Positions 1 to 12,946 of a stretch of 37,148 nt of DNA are shown here, in pieces. The position numbers and the translations under genes were made by a program. The DNA lies in NCBI RefSeq assembly GCF_006345805.1, contig NW_021824646.1, positions 1-37,148 on the forward strand, given 5' to 3'. The notes under the pieces were generated by a model, which worked only from the letters and a program-made list of their open reading frames with translations, did no database searches and was not told the DNA's origin. This stretch comes from Octopus sinensis (Eukaryota). Position 1 is the stretch's first letter, and the number at the start of each line of letters is the position of its first letter.

Positions 1-524
1 CTATAATATATGCCATCACACATATATACACATTGTCACACATATACGCACGATCTATCACTCTCCCACGTACACACACATACACACACAAACATAGAAA
101 TATATGCACATACATATACATACATAATATATACACTCCTATAATTATGTATTATATATATATATATATATACATATATATATGGGTGTATATATATATA
201 TGTATTATATATATATGTATATATATATAAGTGTGTGTGTATAACTATATGGGTGAATATAATGTTGGTGATTCAGTCATTCACTAATTCATTCATGCAG
301 TCATTACTCAGCGGGTAGCTCACACTTATACAAGTGCGTGCGAAACACTTGAGTAATTACTGTATCAATTGCCAATAATCCACTCTCAATTATTACCTCG
401 ACACAATATATCGAGTATTCTTTTCTCTCATATGTTCCTTTATATATGTTGTATATGTAGATAAATAAGTTTTATACATACATGAATATATATATAGATA
501 TATATATATATACTATATATTATA

Positions 525-556
<32 letters not shown>

Positions 557-726
557 AGCAGCGAGACAGAGAGAGAGAGAGAGATGAGAGAGACAGAGAG
601 GATATTCCACATATATAGATATATACATATTTTCTTTTCAATCTGACTTTATATAGTAAAACGCGTAGTTTTTTTGACTCAGGTTTATTTCTATTCCTTC
701 CTGATACTTCCCTCTCTCTCTCTCTC

Positions 727-789
<63 letters not shown>

Positions 790-851
790 TCTTTTATTCT
801 TTTTCTTGTTTCTGTCATTTCAACGGCGGCCATGCTGGAGCACCGCCTTTA
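790..851 (-). mobile_element. Isolated ~60-bp SINE/LINE 3' tail fragment (AAAGGCGGTGCTCCAGCATGGCC...GAAACAAG-A-rich)
   Basis: Reverse complement matches the 3' end of the full-length SINE at 28067-28487 and the fragment at 21311-21362. Confidence 0.75.
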
Positions 852-1660
852 AAATTAATGTGAGCTCACCATATATATATATACATATAAATAACACATA
901 TCTACGTAACTCTCTATCTGATTGCCGATTTATCTTGTAGATATGGGCATCTATCCATCTATCTACCTTCTCTTTCAATCATTCATTTTTCCTTTTTTCT
1001 TTTCTTTGTTTCTTTCTTCCTTTATTTCTGAAGAAGAACAAGAAGAAAGAGGAGGAGGAGGAGGAAGAGGCGGAGGAAGAGAAGAAGCAGAAGAATATGT
1101 TGATGATGATGATGTTGGTGGTGATGTTATGATGTTGGTGATGATGATGAAGATATATGAAGAAGAGCTAAACCTCGAAACATCAAAGAATGTCAGATTC
1201 TTAATCTCTCACTGGGCGTCAAAGAAATAATTATATTTTGTTCCACTTTGTCTTCTGTGCTGTTATTTTCTTAGTCACTTTTCAATCCATATTCTTGCAT
1301 ACATCACCCCACTCCTCGCTCAAACACACACACAAAATGGTCTACAAGTGATATCTAGTATTCTCCAATTGTGAAGAGATGGTAGATGATAAAGAGTGAG
1401 AGATATAGAACGAAGGACAATAAGAGAAAGACAAATGATATAAGATGTGTGTGTGTGTGTTTGCGTGAGTGTGTGTGTGTGTATGTGTGTGTGTCCGTGT
1501 GTCTCTGTGCGTGCGCTAGATACATACTCATATACATTGATATACATATACACACATGACACATGTACGTTCGTATGAATGTGTATGTGCGTGTATGTGT
1601 GTACATATATTCGCACAAATGTATATATGTATGTGTGCCTATACATACATACACGCATTG

Positions 1661-2040
1661 GATTGGAAGCACTCCGTCGGTTACGACGACGAGGGTTCCG
1701 GTTGATCCGATCAACGGAACAGCCTGCTCATGAAATTAACGTGTAAGTGGCTGAGCACTCCACAGACACGTGTACCCTTAACGTAGTTCTCGGGGATATT
1801 CAGCGTGACACAGAGAGTGACAAGGCCGGCCCCTTGAAATACAGGTACAACAGAAACAGGAAGTAAGAGTGATAGAAAGTTGCGGTGAAAGAGTACAGCA
1901 GGGATCACCACCATCCCTGCCGGAGCCTCGTGGAGCTTTAGGTGTTTTCGCTCAATAAACACTCACAAAACCCGGTCTGGGAATCGAGAGCGATCCTACG
2001 ACCACGAGTCCGCTGCCGTAACCACTGGGCCATTGCGCCT

Positions 2041-2042
<2 letters not shown>
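1661..2042 (-). mobile_element. tRNA-derived SINE, near full length
   Basis: Minus strand starts GGAGGCGCAATGGCCCAGTGGTTA (Pol III A box). A degenerate B box (CTCGATTCC) lies ~45 nt downstream, followed by a ~320-bp GC-richer body. Flanked by microsatellites. Confidence 0.8.
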
Positions 2043-2087
<45 letters not shown>

Positions 2088-2091
<4 letters not shown>

Positions 2092-2400
2092 GTCGCAGAA
2101 ATTGTCTGACAGTCATGACTGGGTTCTCTTCCTTGTGTGGCATGGTAAGGAATCCAGTTACCAGACATAAGGTCTTCCAGCAGCATTATTGAGCCAGGGC
2201 AGCACTACCTCCTCCAGGTACTTGATGTAAGCTTCCGTTTTGAATGTGAGACAGTGTGGAAAGGGGAATAGGGGCATAACGACTTCGTCTCTAGTGATCC
2301 CTCCAAACATCATGATGTTGACCGGATGTTTGATTTTTATCACTCCCAGTGCATGTACGGTCCTCAGTAAAGCATGTCGTTTCAAAATTTCTGGCAGAAT
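2088..2400 (-). pseudogene. Decayed Tc1/mariner-superfamily (maT/DD37D-like) transposase fragment
   Basis: Minus frame reads IKIKHPVNIMMFGGITRDEVVMPLFPFPHCLTFKTEAYIKYLEEVVLPWLNNAAGRPYVW*LDSLPCHTRKRTQS*LSDNFCDH. This matches the DDE-domain motif ...GRPYVWQQDSAPCH... with in-frame stops. Confidence 0.85.
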
Positions 2401-2545
2401 GAACTGTGTCGTGGTTCTGTTTTTCTCGCAGACGGTACCCATCTGACCCTACCATATTTTGTAGTCGACAAAATCAAAAACAAGCAATGCGCATATGCGA
2501 AATTAAAAATGTGAAATGGCAACAATTTACCCATTGCACCTTGTA

Positions 2546-2591
<46 letters not shown>

Positions 2592-3349
2592 GAAAATGGA
2601 GAGATTAATGGATATAAGTTAATTTATTAATTAATTTTGTCTACAATCGTTTCACTTTACAATTAATACAAACACAAAATTAAATTACGAAACATATATA
2701 ATAAAATGAGTTTACATTTTAAAGATTTGTTGAATTCTGTCGGAATATCTCAACCGTTCAACATGGAACTTCATTAACTTCCTTTTGCCCTGATAATATT
2801 TCACTCAAAATATTCGAAATAAAAACTTATTTTATTATATGTTTTGTAATTTGTACTGAGTGTAAACTGAAATAATTGCAGGCAATTTTAATTAATTAAT
2901 TAATTAATTAATATCCACTAAATCTTTCCATTTTCTTACTTAATAATATTTGATATTTATAATATATTCCTTGAAGAGATAGCTCTTCTCAATATAATAT
3001 ATTAAGCCAGTATACCTTGGATGGATCCACCCCTATAAGAGGTTTATATATCCTCATAATGACTACATGCACACACACACACACACACTCATATACACAT
3101 GCATGTATGTATGTGTATATATAAAGTGAGGATGAGGGAAGAGGAGAGAGTGAAAGAAATAGAGAGGGAAGGGAGAGAGAGAAAGAAAGAAAGGGAGACA
3201 GAGAGAGAGAGAGAAGGTAGAAAGTGAGATTGGTAACTGCGATTGTAATATCCATGTTAAAGAAATAAGGATTAAAAAACCAAAATTTCAAACCAGGCTG
3301 GAGAAAATTAGCTCTTCTCCACTACTTGGTAGCTTCCCATTTTCATAGA

Positions 3350-3565
3350 GACACACACACACAGACACACACACACACACACATACATACACACGCACGC
3401 ACGCACACACACACACACACACACACACGCACGCACGCACACACACACAGACACACACACACATACACATACACACACACGCACGCACACACACACAGAC
3501 ACACACATACACATACATACACACGCACACACACACACGCACGCACGCACACACACACACGCACG

Positions 3566-3609
<44 letters not shown>

Positions 3610-3612
3610 CAC
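3350..3612. repeat. (CA)n/(CACG)n compound microsatellite
   Basis: Directly visible; source of the H/T- and V/C-rich ORFs. Confidence 0.95.
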
Positions 3613-4036
3613 TTCAACTTACACAAGCATGTATCACAAGCTGAAAATTAGCGTCGACTCGTAGTCTGTAAGTGTCCCCATCTATCGGTTTCATCTTATT
3701 GCTTCTAAATTCTCCAAGGGACGAACATAGCCAAACCCTTATTATATATATATCACATTATTACATTACATTTATTGGGGTCACATATGGCTGTTCTTTT
3801 CAAAAAACATCCAAATATTCCTTTCCCCGCTAAAAATGTATACGAACTCATAAGTATTCGTACACACACACACACAGACGCCAGCACACACACTCACACA
3901 CATGGACATATGCCCATATGTATGGCGTGATATGAATATGTATATGTATGTGTAGATATATATATGTGAGTGTGTGTGTTTGTGGGGGTGTGTGTATACT
4001 TACATAGATACACACACATGCATATGTACATATATA

Positions 4037-4268
4037 CAGCCTTGGCCAAAAGTCACCCGACACTAAACAGAAATAGAAATGATTAATATTCAATTTTATT
4101 CCTTCATTCCAATTATGAATGTTTAATAATTGAATGCTGTGAGTTAAAATCAGTTGTTTTTCAGTATTTGTCTATTTATTAACGAAGTCTCGTACAAAAT
4201 AATATTTTGCTTTATTCTCAGAATTAAATGGTTTTGGCTTACTGTCATGTGACTTTTGGCCAACCCTG
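4037..4268. mobile_element. 232-bp Tc1/mariner-type MITE
   Basis: Left TIR CAGCCTTGGCCAAAAGTCAC (4037-4056) and right TIR GTGACTTTTGGCCAACCCTG (4249-4268) match at 18/20. TA on both sides (4035-4036, 4269-4270). AT-rich non-coding interior. Confidence 0.85.
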
Positions 4269-4311
4269 TATATAAATATATATATACATATATACATATA
4301 TACATAAGGAT

Positions 4312-4340
<29 letters not shown>

Positions 4341-4342
<2 letters not shown>

Positions 4343-4678
4343 ATGGCTCAGTGGTTAGAGCGTCGAGCTTACGATCGTGAGGTTGTGAGCTCGAATCCCG
4401 GACCGGGCTGCGTGTTGTGTTCTTGAGCAAGGCACTTTATTTCACGTTGCTCCAGTTCACTCAGCTGTAGAATGAGTTGCGACGTCACTGGTGCCAAGCT
4501 GTATCGGCCCCTTTGCCTTTCCCTTGGATAACATCAGTGTTGTCGAGAGTGGGGGCTGGTATGAATGGGCGACTGCTGATCTTCCATAAACAACCTTGCC
4601 CGGACTTGTGTATAGGAGGGTAACTTTCTAGGTGCAATCCCATGGTCATTCATGACCGAAGGGGGTCTTTACCCCTTT
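4341..4678 (+). mobile_element. tRNA-derived CORE-type SINE
   Basis: A box TGGCTCAGTGG and B box GCTCGAATCC, then TGTGTTCTTGAGCAAGGCACTTTA...CAGTTCACTCAGCTGTAGAATGAG, which resembles the CORE domain. The 3' end has small hairpins (GGTCAT-TC-ATGACC). Sits in a (TA)n run. Confidence 0.85.
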
Positions 4679-4790
4679 ATATATATATTTAACTAGGTTT
4701 TTTAAGACCATCTACCCGGTTTTGTCTGGAATGACATCCTCTTTCCTGAATGGGGGGCCAGTTCGTTGCAGGATTCATAGCTTTTGAAGG

Positions 4791-4945
4791 GAGGGGACAA
4801 GACAAGTCAGTTACATCAATCCAGTACTTGACTGGTACTTTATTATCTTTTTTTCTTCAAATCCGATGGGATGAAAGGCGGTGTTGACATTGGTTACACT
4901 CTGAATGCCGCAAAGCATTTTGTCCGAGTTTCTAACGATTTTCAC
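4791..4945 (-). mobile_element. Degenerate copy of the abundant 'GTCGACTTTGCCTTTCATCC' SINE family (family A)
   Basis: TTACATCAATCCAGTACTTGACTGGTACTT...GATGAAAGGC...GCATTTTGTCCGAG...CTAACGATT aligns with the better copies at 17881-18232. Confidence 0.6.
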
Positions 4946-5074
4946 AGCCCACCTTACACACGCGCACGCACGCACACACACCCACACCCATAAACACCCC
5001 CACATACACGTACACTCACAAACATGCATGCAAACACACAAACACGCCGACAAAAAGATTCACACACACACAGA

Positions 5075-5387
<313 letters not shown>

Positions 5388-6252
5388 TCCACTTCTAACT
5401 ACTGCTGATATACTCTCTGGATAACATTCGAAAGCCTATTTCTCAGACGGAAAATTCGATCCGTAGCATTAACCTTGTCCTCTTCCTCACGTAACATCAA
5501 AATATTTGCACTCTTGAACAATAAAAACACGCAAACGACAAAATCCTAGAAATTTCGATAAGAATAAACGAGTTGCTTTATAACCTAAAGCAGTCCATTT
5601 TTATAAATATAAATTATTGAGTTTCTTGTGGATATGTTACCAAATATTTAAGCAACATTGTGGAAAATAAAAAATTATCGGTCAAAGAAAAAGAAGGATC
5701 TTGATGCTCATTCGACAAATTCTAAATGGGAGTAGGACATTCCAAGAAGCGTACAGGAAGTTTTAGGTTACTGTTTTTAGTTAAATAAACACAAGACTTC
5801 ATTTTATTTATGCCATGTAATTTCTTTGTTGAAGATTTTGAGTCGAGAATGATACGTCTGCGTTGAAGGAATGTAACGAATTTATAATTTGGCTATCCAT
5901 CCATCCATCCATCCATCCATCCATCCATCCAAATATCCATCCATTTAGCTATTTAACAATATATTCATGCATATGTAAATATATAGACATACAAATACTT
6001 GGACTCATAGATGCACAAAAAAGATACTCGCAAGTGCTATACATCGCTTCCGAATTCATACTCCTGCTGATATTTAAGTTGTTGGTGCTGTTGCTATTGT
6101 TGTATAAGTCTCACGTCTGAGGAGATCTGTGATAAAACATTACAGCCAAGCCATTTCATAGCTTTGTGTGTGTGTGTGTATGTGTGTGTGTGTGCGTGGG
6201 TATGTGTCAGTGCGTGTGTATGTATTTATGAATGCATGTATGTGTGTGTGTA

Positions 6253-6296
<44 letters not shown>

Positions 6297-6703
6297 TAAA
6301 CAGTAAAAATAAATACAGACATGGACAAGAACATGAAACACCACAGAGACGACACAAGAACCACAGGACGGGACATTCGAAGCCCTCAGTCATCAGTCAA
6401 GAACCAGATCATCTTAGCAATTTCGGCTGATTAATCTTGAGATTGCTCCGATATGGCCAGCCCGCCAAGGGAAATCTAAGCGAAGCGCATTAGATCCCCT
6501 GGAAGAAAGCTTCGAATGTATACAACACGAGGACGGAAAACGAACGAAGTACACGAACAAAAATACAGAATACGTGACACCAATAAGAATACAAAAACGT
6601 AAAAACAATAACGGTAAAAATAAAAAATAAACAACAAAACAAAACCAGGACGTAGGACAAGGGTCTTTCGACAGGACGAGTTGAGTATGGGGCTGGCTTG
6701 TGA

Positions 6704-6740
<37 letters not shown>

Positions 6741-7052
6741 AGAAAATGAGATGGCAATGAAATAAACGATTGATATCTTATGAACTCCGGTTAGCTTACA
6801 GTTGTTTGTGCTATAAGTTATAATGGATTCATAGTTGTGTGCCTAAATAACATCTAATAGTTTAATCGAAGCCTTATATAGGTACAATTTATTTCATATA
6901 CATACACATATACATACATACATTTATATATGCATGTGTACATACATACATACATTTATATATGTATGTGTGTATAAGTGTGTGCGCGCGGGTCTGCTTG
7001 TATGTGTGCGTGTATGTATATTGATATATTAAGAGAGAAATGAGAGAGAGAT

Positions 7053-7097
<45 letters not shown>

Positions 7098-9094
7098 GAG
7101 AGAGAGTAGTGAAAGTTTGATTAAATGTTATTTTGATATTACAAACTCTGGATAGTGGAACAATCTATCTTGCCTAGATAAAACCTCTCCTTTAATTCCA
7201 TCTCCGTTATTTTATTTTAATTCCGAAGTTTGGATGACAGGAATAAAAGGGGGTTAATATACGATAAATAATGATTATCGCTGCAGTAATGATTATAAAT
7301 AAATTGAACACTCGACAACATATTTAACGTTAGGAAAAAAATTAATGTAAAAATGAAACAACATTTTTTGGTAGCACAATGACGAATGATAGAAACATTT
7401 CAGCACAATGGAGAGGTTGAAAGTCTATACATTGACACCAATATAACATTAGATTTGTAGACAGTTACGTACCATTTTTCACTCAGTTGACGCTTTATTA
7501 GTCATTGCTTATATCCAATCATAAATCCACACAATTGAACTTCATTCAAATGGAACTTTATTCAAATTAAGACGCTGTTTCCTCACAGCAGATACGAAAA
7601 CATGTACAATCTCAAGTATCGGCTGTAAGCAAACATCACGGCAGCCATTTTTGTATATAAATACATGTTTAATAGACCGTATCACGAACATGTTTCCTTT
7701 TCAAACTGCATTCATTCAAATAACACCATTTAACAATGTTTACCATTGATTAGATTTGTCTATACCATTATATGTCCAACAAGAGGCTTTAATTTCAGCT
7801 CAGTCTTATAATTTTTTCCCAAAAGCGGAAATGATAATTCTAAGCATAAAAAATATCTTTTCATATGACCATGATGTTACAGTTCCGATTGTAAATTTTA
7901 ACGACATAACGCCCAAAATATGAATATAAACAGACAAAAAGAAAAAGAAAAAAACTGGCAAGTCTGAAAAAAAATTGTATAAATTTTCAGATAGCATAAC
8001 TGCTTGCATGCAATGTTGTTTTTTGAACATAACGAATCCTTAGAGCTCATCTAAGTTTTCAGTTTTGATATTTTCTTCATAAAATATGAACAGTCAGGAA
8101 TTATTTAACAGTTGATATCATAGCATTAAATTTTATCAGCAGTAATTTTCGGTCGCAGAATGTTTCAAGTATTTGAAGAATCAAACCGAACATTTTAATT
8201 TCTTAAATCAATTCAATTTAAGAACAAAATGAAACATTTATCGACACTGTATTTACATGGGAATTTTCTTAACCATTCCAGTTAATGTTCTTAATTCAGA
8301 CAGTCTCAAATGTATGCTAGATTCACTTTGGTAGTCTGCAATACACACATTTAATAGTATTTTTTTTGTTTTGTTTTTTGCTTCTATAAATTTCCTCGTA
8401 GAATCAGTTCATTTTGTGATATGTATGTACGTAGGCACATACGTACGTGTAAATGTATACGTATGTACATGTGTATGTATGTGTGTGTGCGTGCGTGTGC
8501 GTGTATGCGAACGTGTGTGTGAGTGTCTGTGTGTGTGTGTGTGAGTGTGTGAGTTATGTACGTATGTATGCATTATTTCTGATGTATTTATGTATGTAAG
8601 TATAAACATATTTATATGTACATATACATACGCATTTACATACAAATTTATATACGTGTATATAAAGGTGTATGTGTGTGTATAGATATATAGATATGAA
8701 TTTATGTATGTATGCATACATGCATGTATGTGTATAAGTATGTATTTTACATTTATCTACGCGTATAAATTAAGAAAAAGGACGGTACTTTTCTGGATCA
8801 AATGTCGCGTTTAACGGGTATGCGGTTGCTTTCGGATCTTTAAATTTTTAGTTATAATTCACAACTTTCAAGTTTTAATAATTTCTTCGGCTATACGTAC
8901 CCTGGTAAAATTAATTTAGAATGAATACTCGAATGATCTAGAATCAAATGTCAATCTCGTGTGACCTAGTTTCGTGTCATTTCTCCCGAGGGACAGTCTC
9001 CATGGAAGAAGTAAGCATATGTACCGAGCGGTTGACGTTGGGGAGATTTAACTTAAATGACACCATGTTTCTTCTTTCAGAATGATAAAGACAG

Positions 9095-9335
9095 ATGTAT
9101 GTATGTACGTACGTATGTATATATATGAACGTATGTATAGATGTGCATGTACCAATCTATGTATGTATGTATGCATGTATGTATATATGTGTATGCATGT
9201 ATGCATGTATGTATGTTTGTAAGTATGTATGCATATATGTATAAATGTTTGCGTGCATGAATGCATGTATATTTGTATATGCTCATGCATATACGCATTT
9301 ATGTAGGTCTCTATGTATATATATGTGTAACTGTA

Positions 9336-9377
<42 letters not shown>

Positions 9378-9393
9378 TAGTATCCATATGTAT

Positions 9394-9448
<55 letters not shown>

Positions 9449-9520
9449 ATATAATATATATATATATACATATATATATAATACATATATATATATATAT
9501 ATATACATATATATACATAT

Positions 9521-9577
<57 letters not shown>

Positions 9578-9600
9578 TATATATTATATATACATACGCA
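9095..9600. repeat. (TATG)n/(TA)n compound microsatellite
   Basis: Directly visible. Confidence 0.95.
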
Positions 9601-10438
9601 CAAATTTATAAATGTGTTCGACTATGCGTGTAGCGTGTGTAAGGTGTATGCGCGAGCGAGTGTTAATTGATTAACGTTTAGCTACGGAATAGAAATCAGA
9701 AGAAACTGACAAAGCAAAAATAAAATAAAGTGTTCGATTGATTATAGTTTTTGTGTGATGTGAGCAAAAATAAGACGTCAGAAAATTTCTAGAACGCTGA
9801 ATAAAAAGACAGAACGTGAAATGGCATCTCGAAGTGAAAAAAAAAAAAAGAAGCCGACAATCTTTTTATTTGTGATGGCTAAATAAATGAATGGATATAG
9901 TGTGCTTAAGTACCATTGATATTTTAGTGTCTTAATCAGAGGCGAATTTGTAGTGTCCCTCTTACTGTTCTCAACCTGCGAGTGAGTTAGAAGCGGGAGA
10001 TGAATACCACAAATGCTTTCAATAGAGTGTTTCTCTGGTAAACATAGATTGTGGAGGTGCTAAGCTTGATGATCGAATTAAGCTTACCGCTTAATATGTG
10101 TTGTGGCTGTTTCGCTACAGTTCTCGGAGTTTAATGAATAGATCATGTATAGAAAAACCACCATAGTCATGACAATTTCGCCCCACCCCCAACTTTTTTT
10201 CCAATAGTAGGGAATAATATTCTGCAATGCTTGCACGTTTCAATGTAGACAGCGTAGTGCTCGATTTACAAGGTTAGGGAGCCACCTACAAGTCATTATC
10301 TGTGTATAAGTATGCCCGTTTCTTTTCATATATTGTAAAAATTTTCATGCCGTATAGGACGATAAAGCAAAAGCAAATAAATAAATAATGATACTAACAA
10401 TATTAATACTACTACTAATAATGATAATGATAATAAAG

Positions 10439-10523
<85 letters not shown>

Positions 10524-10555
10524 CAACAACAACAACAGCAACGATAATAATAATA

Positions 10556-11067
10556 AAATGCCCTGATGCAGTACCAAGTACTGATTCTCATGGCTTCTGA
10601 TCTTAACTGATCGGAAGTGTTATCATGTACACGTTTTGGGCTACAACAAATATTCTGCTCAATACCACAGATTTGCTTATCAGTTGCTTGACCTTAACCA
10701 GTTGAGCATGTCCCTTAGTGGCTGACGACATGTGCATCTCTGATCACGAGCGGATTTAGTGGGGGAATATCATAGCCAAGTGTTGAGAAGAATGCTCTGG
10801 AGTTTGAATAACTCACCTCAAGAAACATGGGTGTTTCGTTCAACATCCTTAAACAACACTTCTTCAAAGACCTTTTGAACGGGATGGGCTACACGACCTA
10901 AATAAAATTCTAACGTGCTATTTATCTTGATATAAAATCACCATGTCATGCACATATGGTTGTGATGCATGTGCCTGGTGTACCCTTATCAGAGGGTTAG
11001 TCATGATGGGTATACTAGGCATCGTACCCCAGTATTACTTTGATGATATGCACTTCTCTCTCACTCA

Positions 11068-11068
<1 letters not shown>
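10556..11068 (+). mobile_element. (AAT)n-embedded non-coding element, copy 1 (diverged, internal deletions)
   Basis: Starts AAAATGCCCTGATGCAGTACC and ends CTCTCTCACTCA. (AAT)n on both sides. Homologous to 11152-11717 and 12065-12622. Confidence 0.8.
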
Positions 11069-11124
<56 letters not shown>

Positions 11125-11151
11125 CATAATAAATAATAATAATACTAATAT

Positions 11152-11717
11152 AATGCCCTGATGCAGTACCAGGCAGTAGCTCTCATGGCTTCTGATCTTA
11201 ACTGATTGCAAGTGTTATCATGTACATTGTTTTGTCTCTGGTATGAAAGATGGGCTACAGCAAATATTCTGCTCACATACCACAGATTTGCTTGTCAGAG
11301 TTGTTTGACCTTAACCAGTTGAGCATTTCCCTTAGTGGCTGACGATATGTGCATCTCTGATCACGAGCAAAGTAGTGGGGGAGCATCATAGCCATGTGTT
11401 GAGAAGGTATTCTTTGGGGTTTGAATAATTCACCTCTGGAACAGGGTGGTTCTTTCAACATCCTTAAACAATCCTTATTCGGGACCTTTTGAGCGGGATG
11501 GGCTACTCAACCTGAAAAAAATTCTAAATTCTAACTGGGCCCCACCTGCAGGTCATGTGCTGTTTATCTTGATATGAGATCACCATGTCGCGCACATATG
11601 GTTGTGATGCAATGTGCCTGGTGTACCTTTATCAGACGGGTAGTCATGATGGTATATCGGGCTTCGTATAATTTACCCCAGTGTCACTTTGATGGCATGC
11701 ACTGCTCTCTCACTCAA
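11152..11717 (+). mobile_element. (AAT)n-embedded non-coding element, copy 2
   Basis: Same termini as copies 1 and 3; (AAT)n flanks. Confidence 0.85.
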
Positions 11718-11725
11718 TAATAATC

Positions 11726-11784
<59 letters not shown>

Positions 11785-11862
11785 TAATAATAATAATAAT
11801 ATATGATAATATAATCTAATAATAATAATAATAATAATAATAATATAATAATAATATAATAA

Positions 11863-11893
<31 letters not shown>

Positions 11894-11934
11894 GATGATG
11901 ATGATGATAATAATAATAATAATAATAATAAAAT

Positions 11935-11977
11935 GTGTTACTTTGATGGCATGAACTGCTCTCTCCGATCACTCAAT
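11935..11977 (+). mobile_element. ~40-bp 3'-end fragment of the (AAT)n-embedded element
   Basis: GTGTTACTTTGATGGCATGAACTGCTCTCTC..CACTCAA matches the last ~40 bp of copies 1-3; lies within (AAT)n. Confidence 0.75.
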
Positions 11978-11978
11978 G

Positions 11979-12032
<54 letters not shown>

Positions 12033-12064
12033 TATAATAATAATAATAATATAATAATAATAAT

Positions 12065-12620
12065 AAAATGCCCTGATGCAGTACCAGGCAGTAGCTCTCA
12101 TGGCTTCTGATCTTAACTGATTGCAAGTGTTATCATGTACATTGTTTTGTCTTGGTATAAAAGAGGGCTAACAGCAAATATTCTGCTCAATACCACAGAT
12201 TTGCTTGTCAGTTGTTTGACCTTACCAGTTGAGCATTTCCCTTAGTGGCTGACGATATGTGCATCTCTGATCACGAGCAGAAGTAGTGGGGGAGCATCAT
12301 AGCCATGTGTTGAGAAGGATTCTTTGGGGTTTGAATAATTCACCTCTGGAAACATGGGTGGTTCTTTCAACATCCTTAAACATCCTTATTCAGGGACCTT
12401 TTGAGCGGGATGGCTACTCAACCTGAAGAAAATTCTAACTGGGCCCCACCTGCAAGGTCATGTGCTGTTTATCTTGATATGAGATCACCATGTCGCGCAC
12501 ATATGGTTGTGATGCAATGTGCCTGGTGTACCTTTATCAGAGGGTAGTCATGATGGGTATATCGGGCTTCGTATAATTTACCCCATGTCACTTGATGGCA
12601 TGCACTGCTCGCTCTCACTC

Positions 12621-12622
<2 letters not shown>
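12065..12622 (+). mobile_element. (AAT)n-embedded non-coding element, copy 3
   Basis: Nearly identical to copy 2; most differences are 1-2 bp indels. Confidence 0.85.
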
Positions 12623-12696
<74 letters not shown>

Positions 12697-12745
12697 TAAT
12701 AATAATGATATAATAATAATAATAATAATGATAATAATAATAATA

Positions 12746-12783
<38 letters not shown>

Positions 12784-12837
12784 TAATAATATAATGATGA
12801 TGATGATGATATAATAATAATAATAATAATAATAATA

Positions 12838-12875
12838 GTGTTACTTTGATGGCATGAACTGCTCTCTCACTCAAT
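12838..12875 (+). mobile_element. ~40-bp 3'-end fragment of the (AAT)n-embedded element (second)
   Basis: GTGTTACTTTGATGGCATGAACTGCTCTCTCACTCAATG, in the same relative position as 11935-11977. Confidence 0.75.
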
Positions 12876-12876
12876 G

Positions 12877-12946
<70 letters not shown>

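Noticed and set aside
640-672. AAAACGCGTAG resembling a Penelope hammerhead stem III
   Set aside because: The upstream CUGANGA box and stem II are absent.
4341-4420. tRNA genes at the SINE heads (also 1970-2042, 21779-21865, 28067-28130)
   Set aside because: A/B boxes are present but there is no complete acceptor stem, and each runs into a SINE body.
6370-6440. Minus-strand CTGATGA with a nearby GAAA as a second hammerhead
   Set aside because: Neither a type I nor a type II arrangement gives paired stems I and II. The region may be an interspersed repeat, but no second copy in the window supports that.
7380-7810. Unique, microsatellite-free stretch tested as a decayed coding region
   Set aside because: The frames tested on both strands contain multiple stops and no recognisable motif.
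10556-10640. Possible HDV-like or hammerhead ribozyme in the (AAT)n element (CTGATGC at the 5' end; CTGACGA...GAAG internally)
   Set aside because: The core reads CUGAUGC or lacks GAAA, stem II does not close, and the P1/P1.1/L3 requirements of an HDV fold could not be satisfied.
10385-12945. Repeat-spacer-like alternation resembling a CRISPR array
   Set aside because: Units are hundreds of bp, the spacers are (AAT)n, the context is eukaryotic and there are no cas genes.
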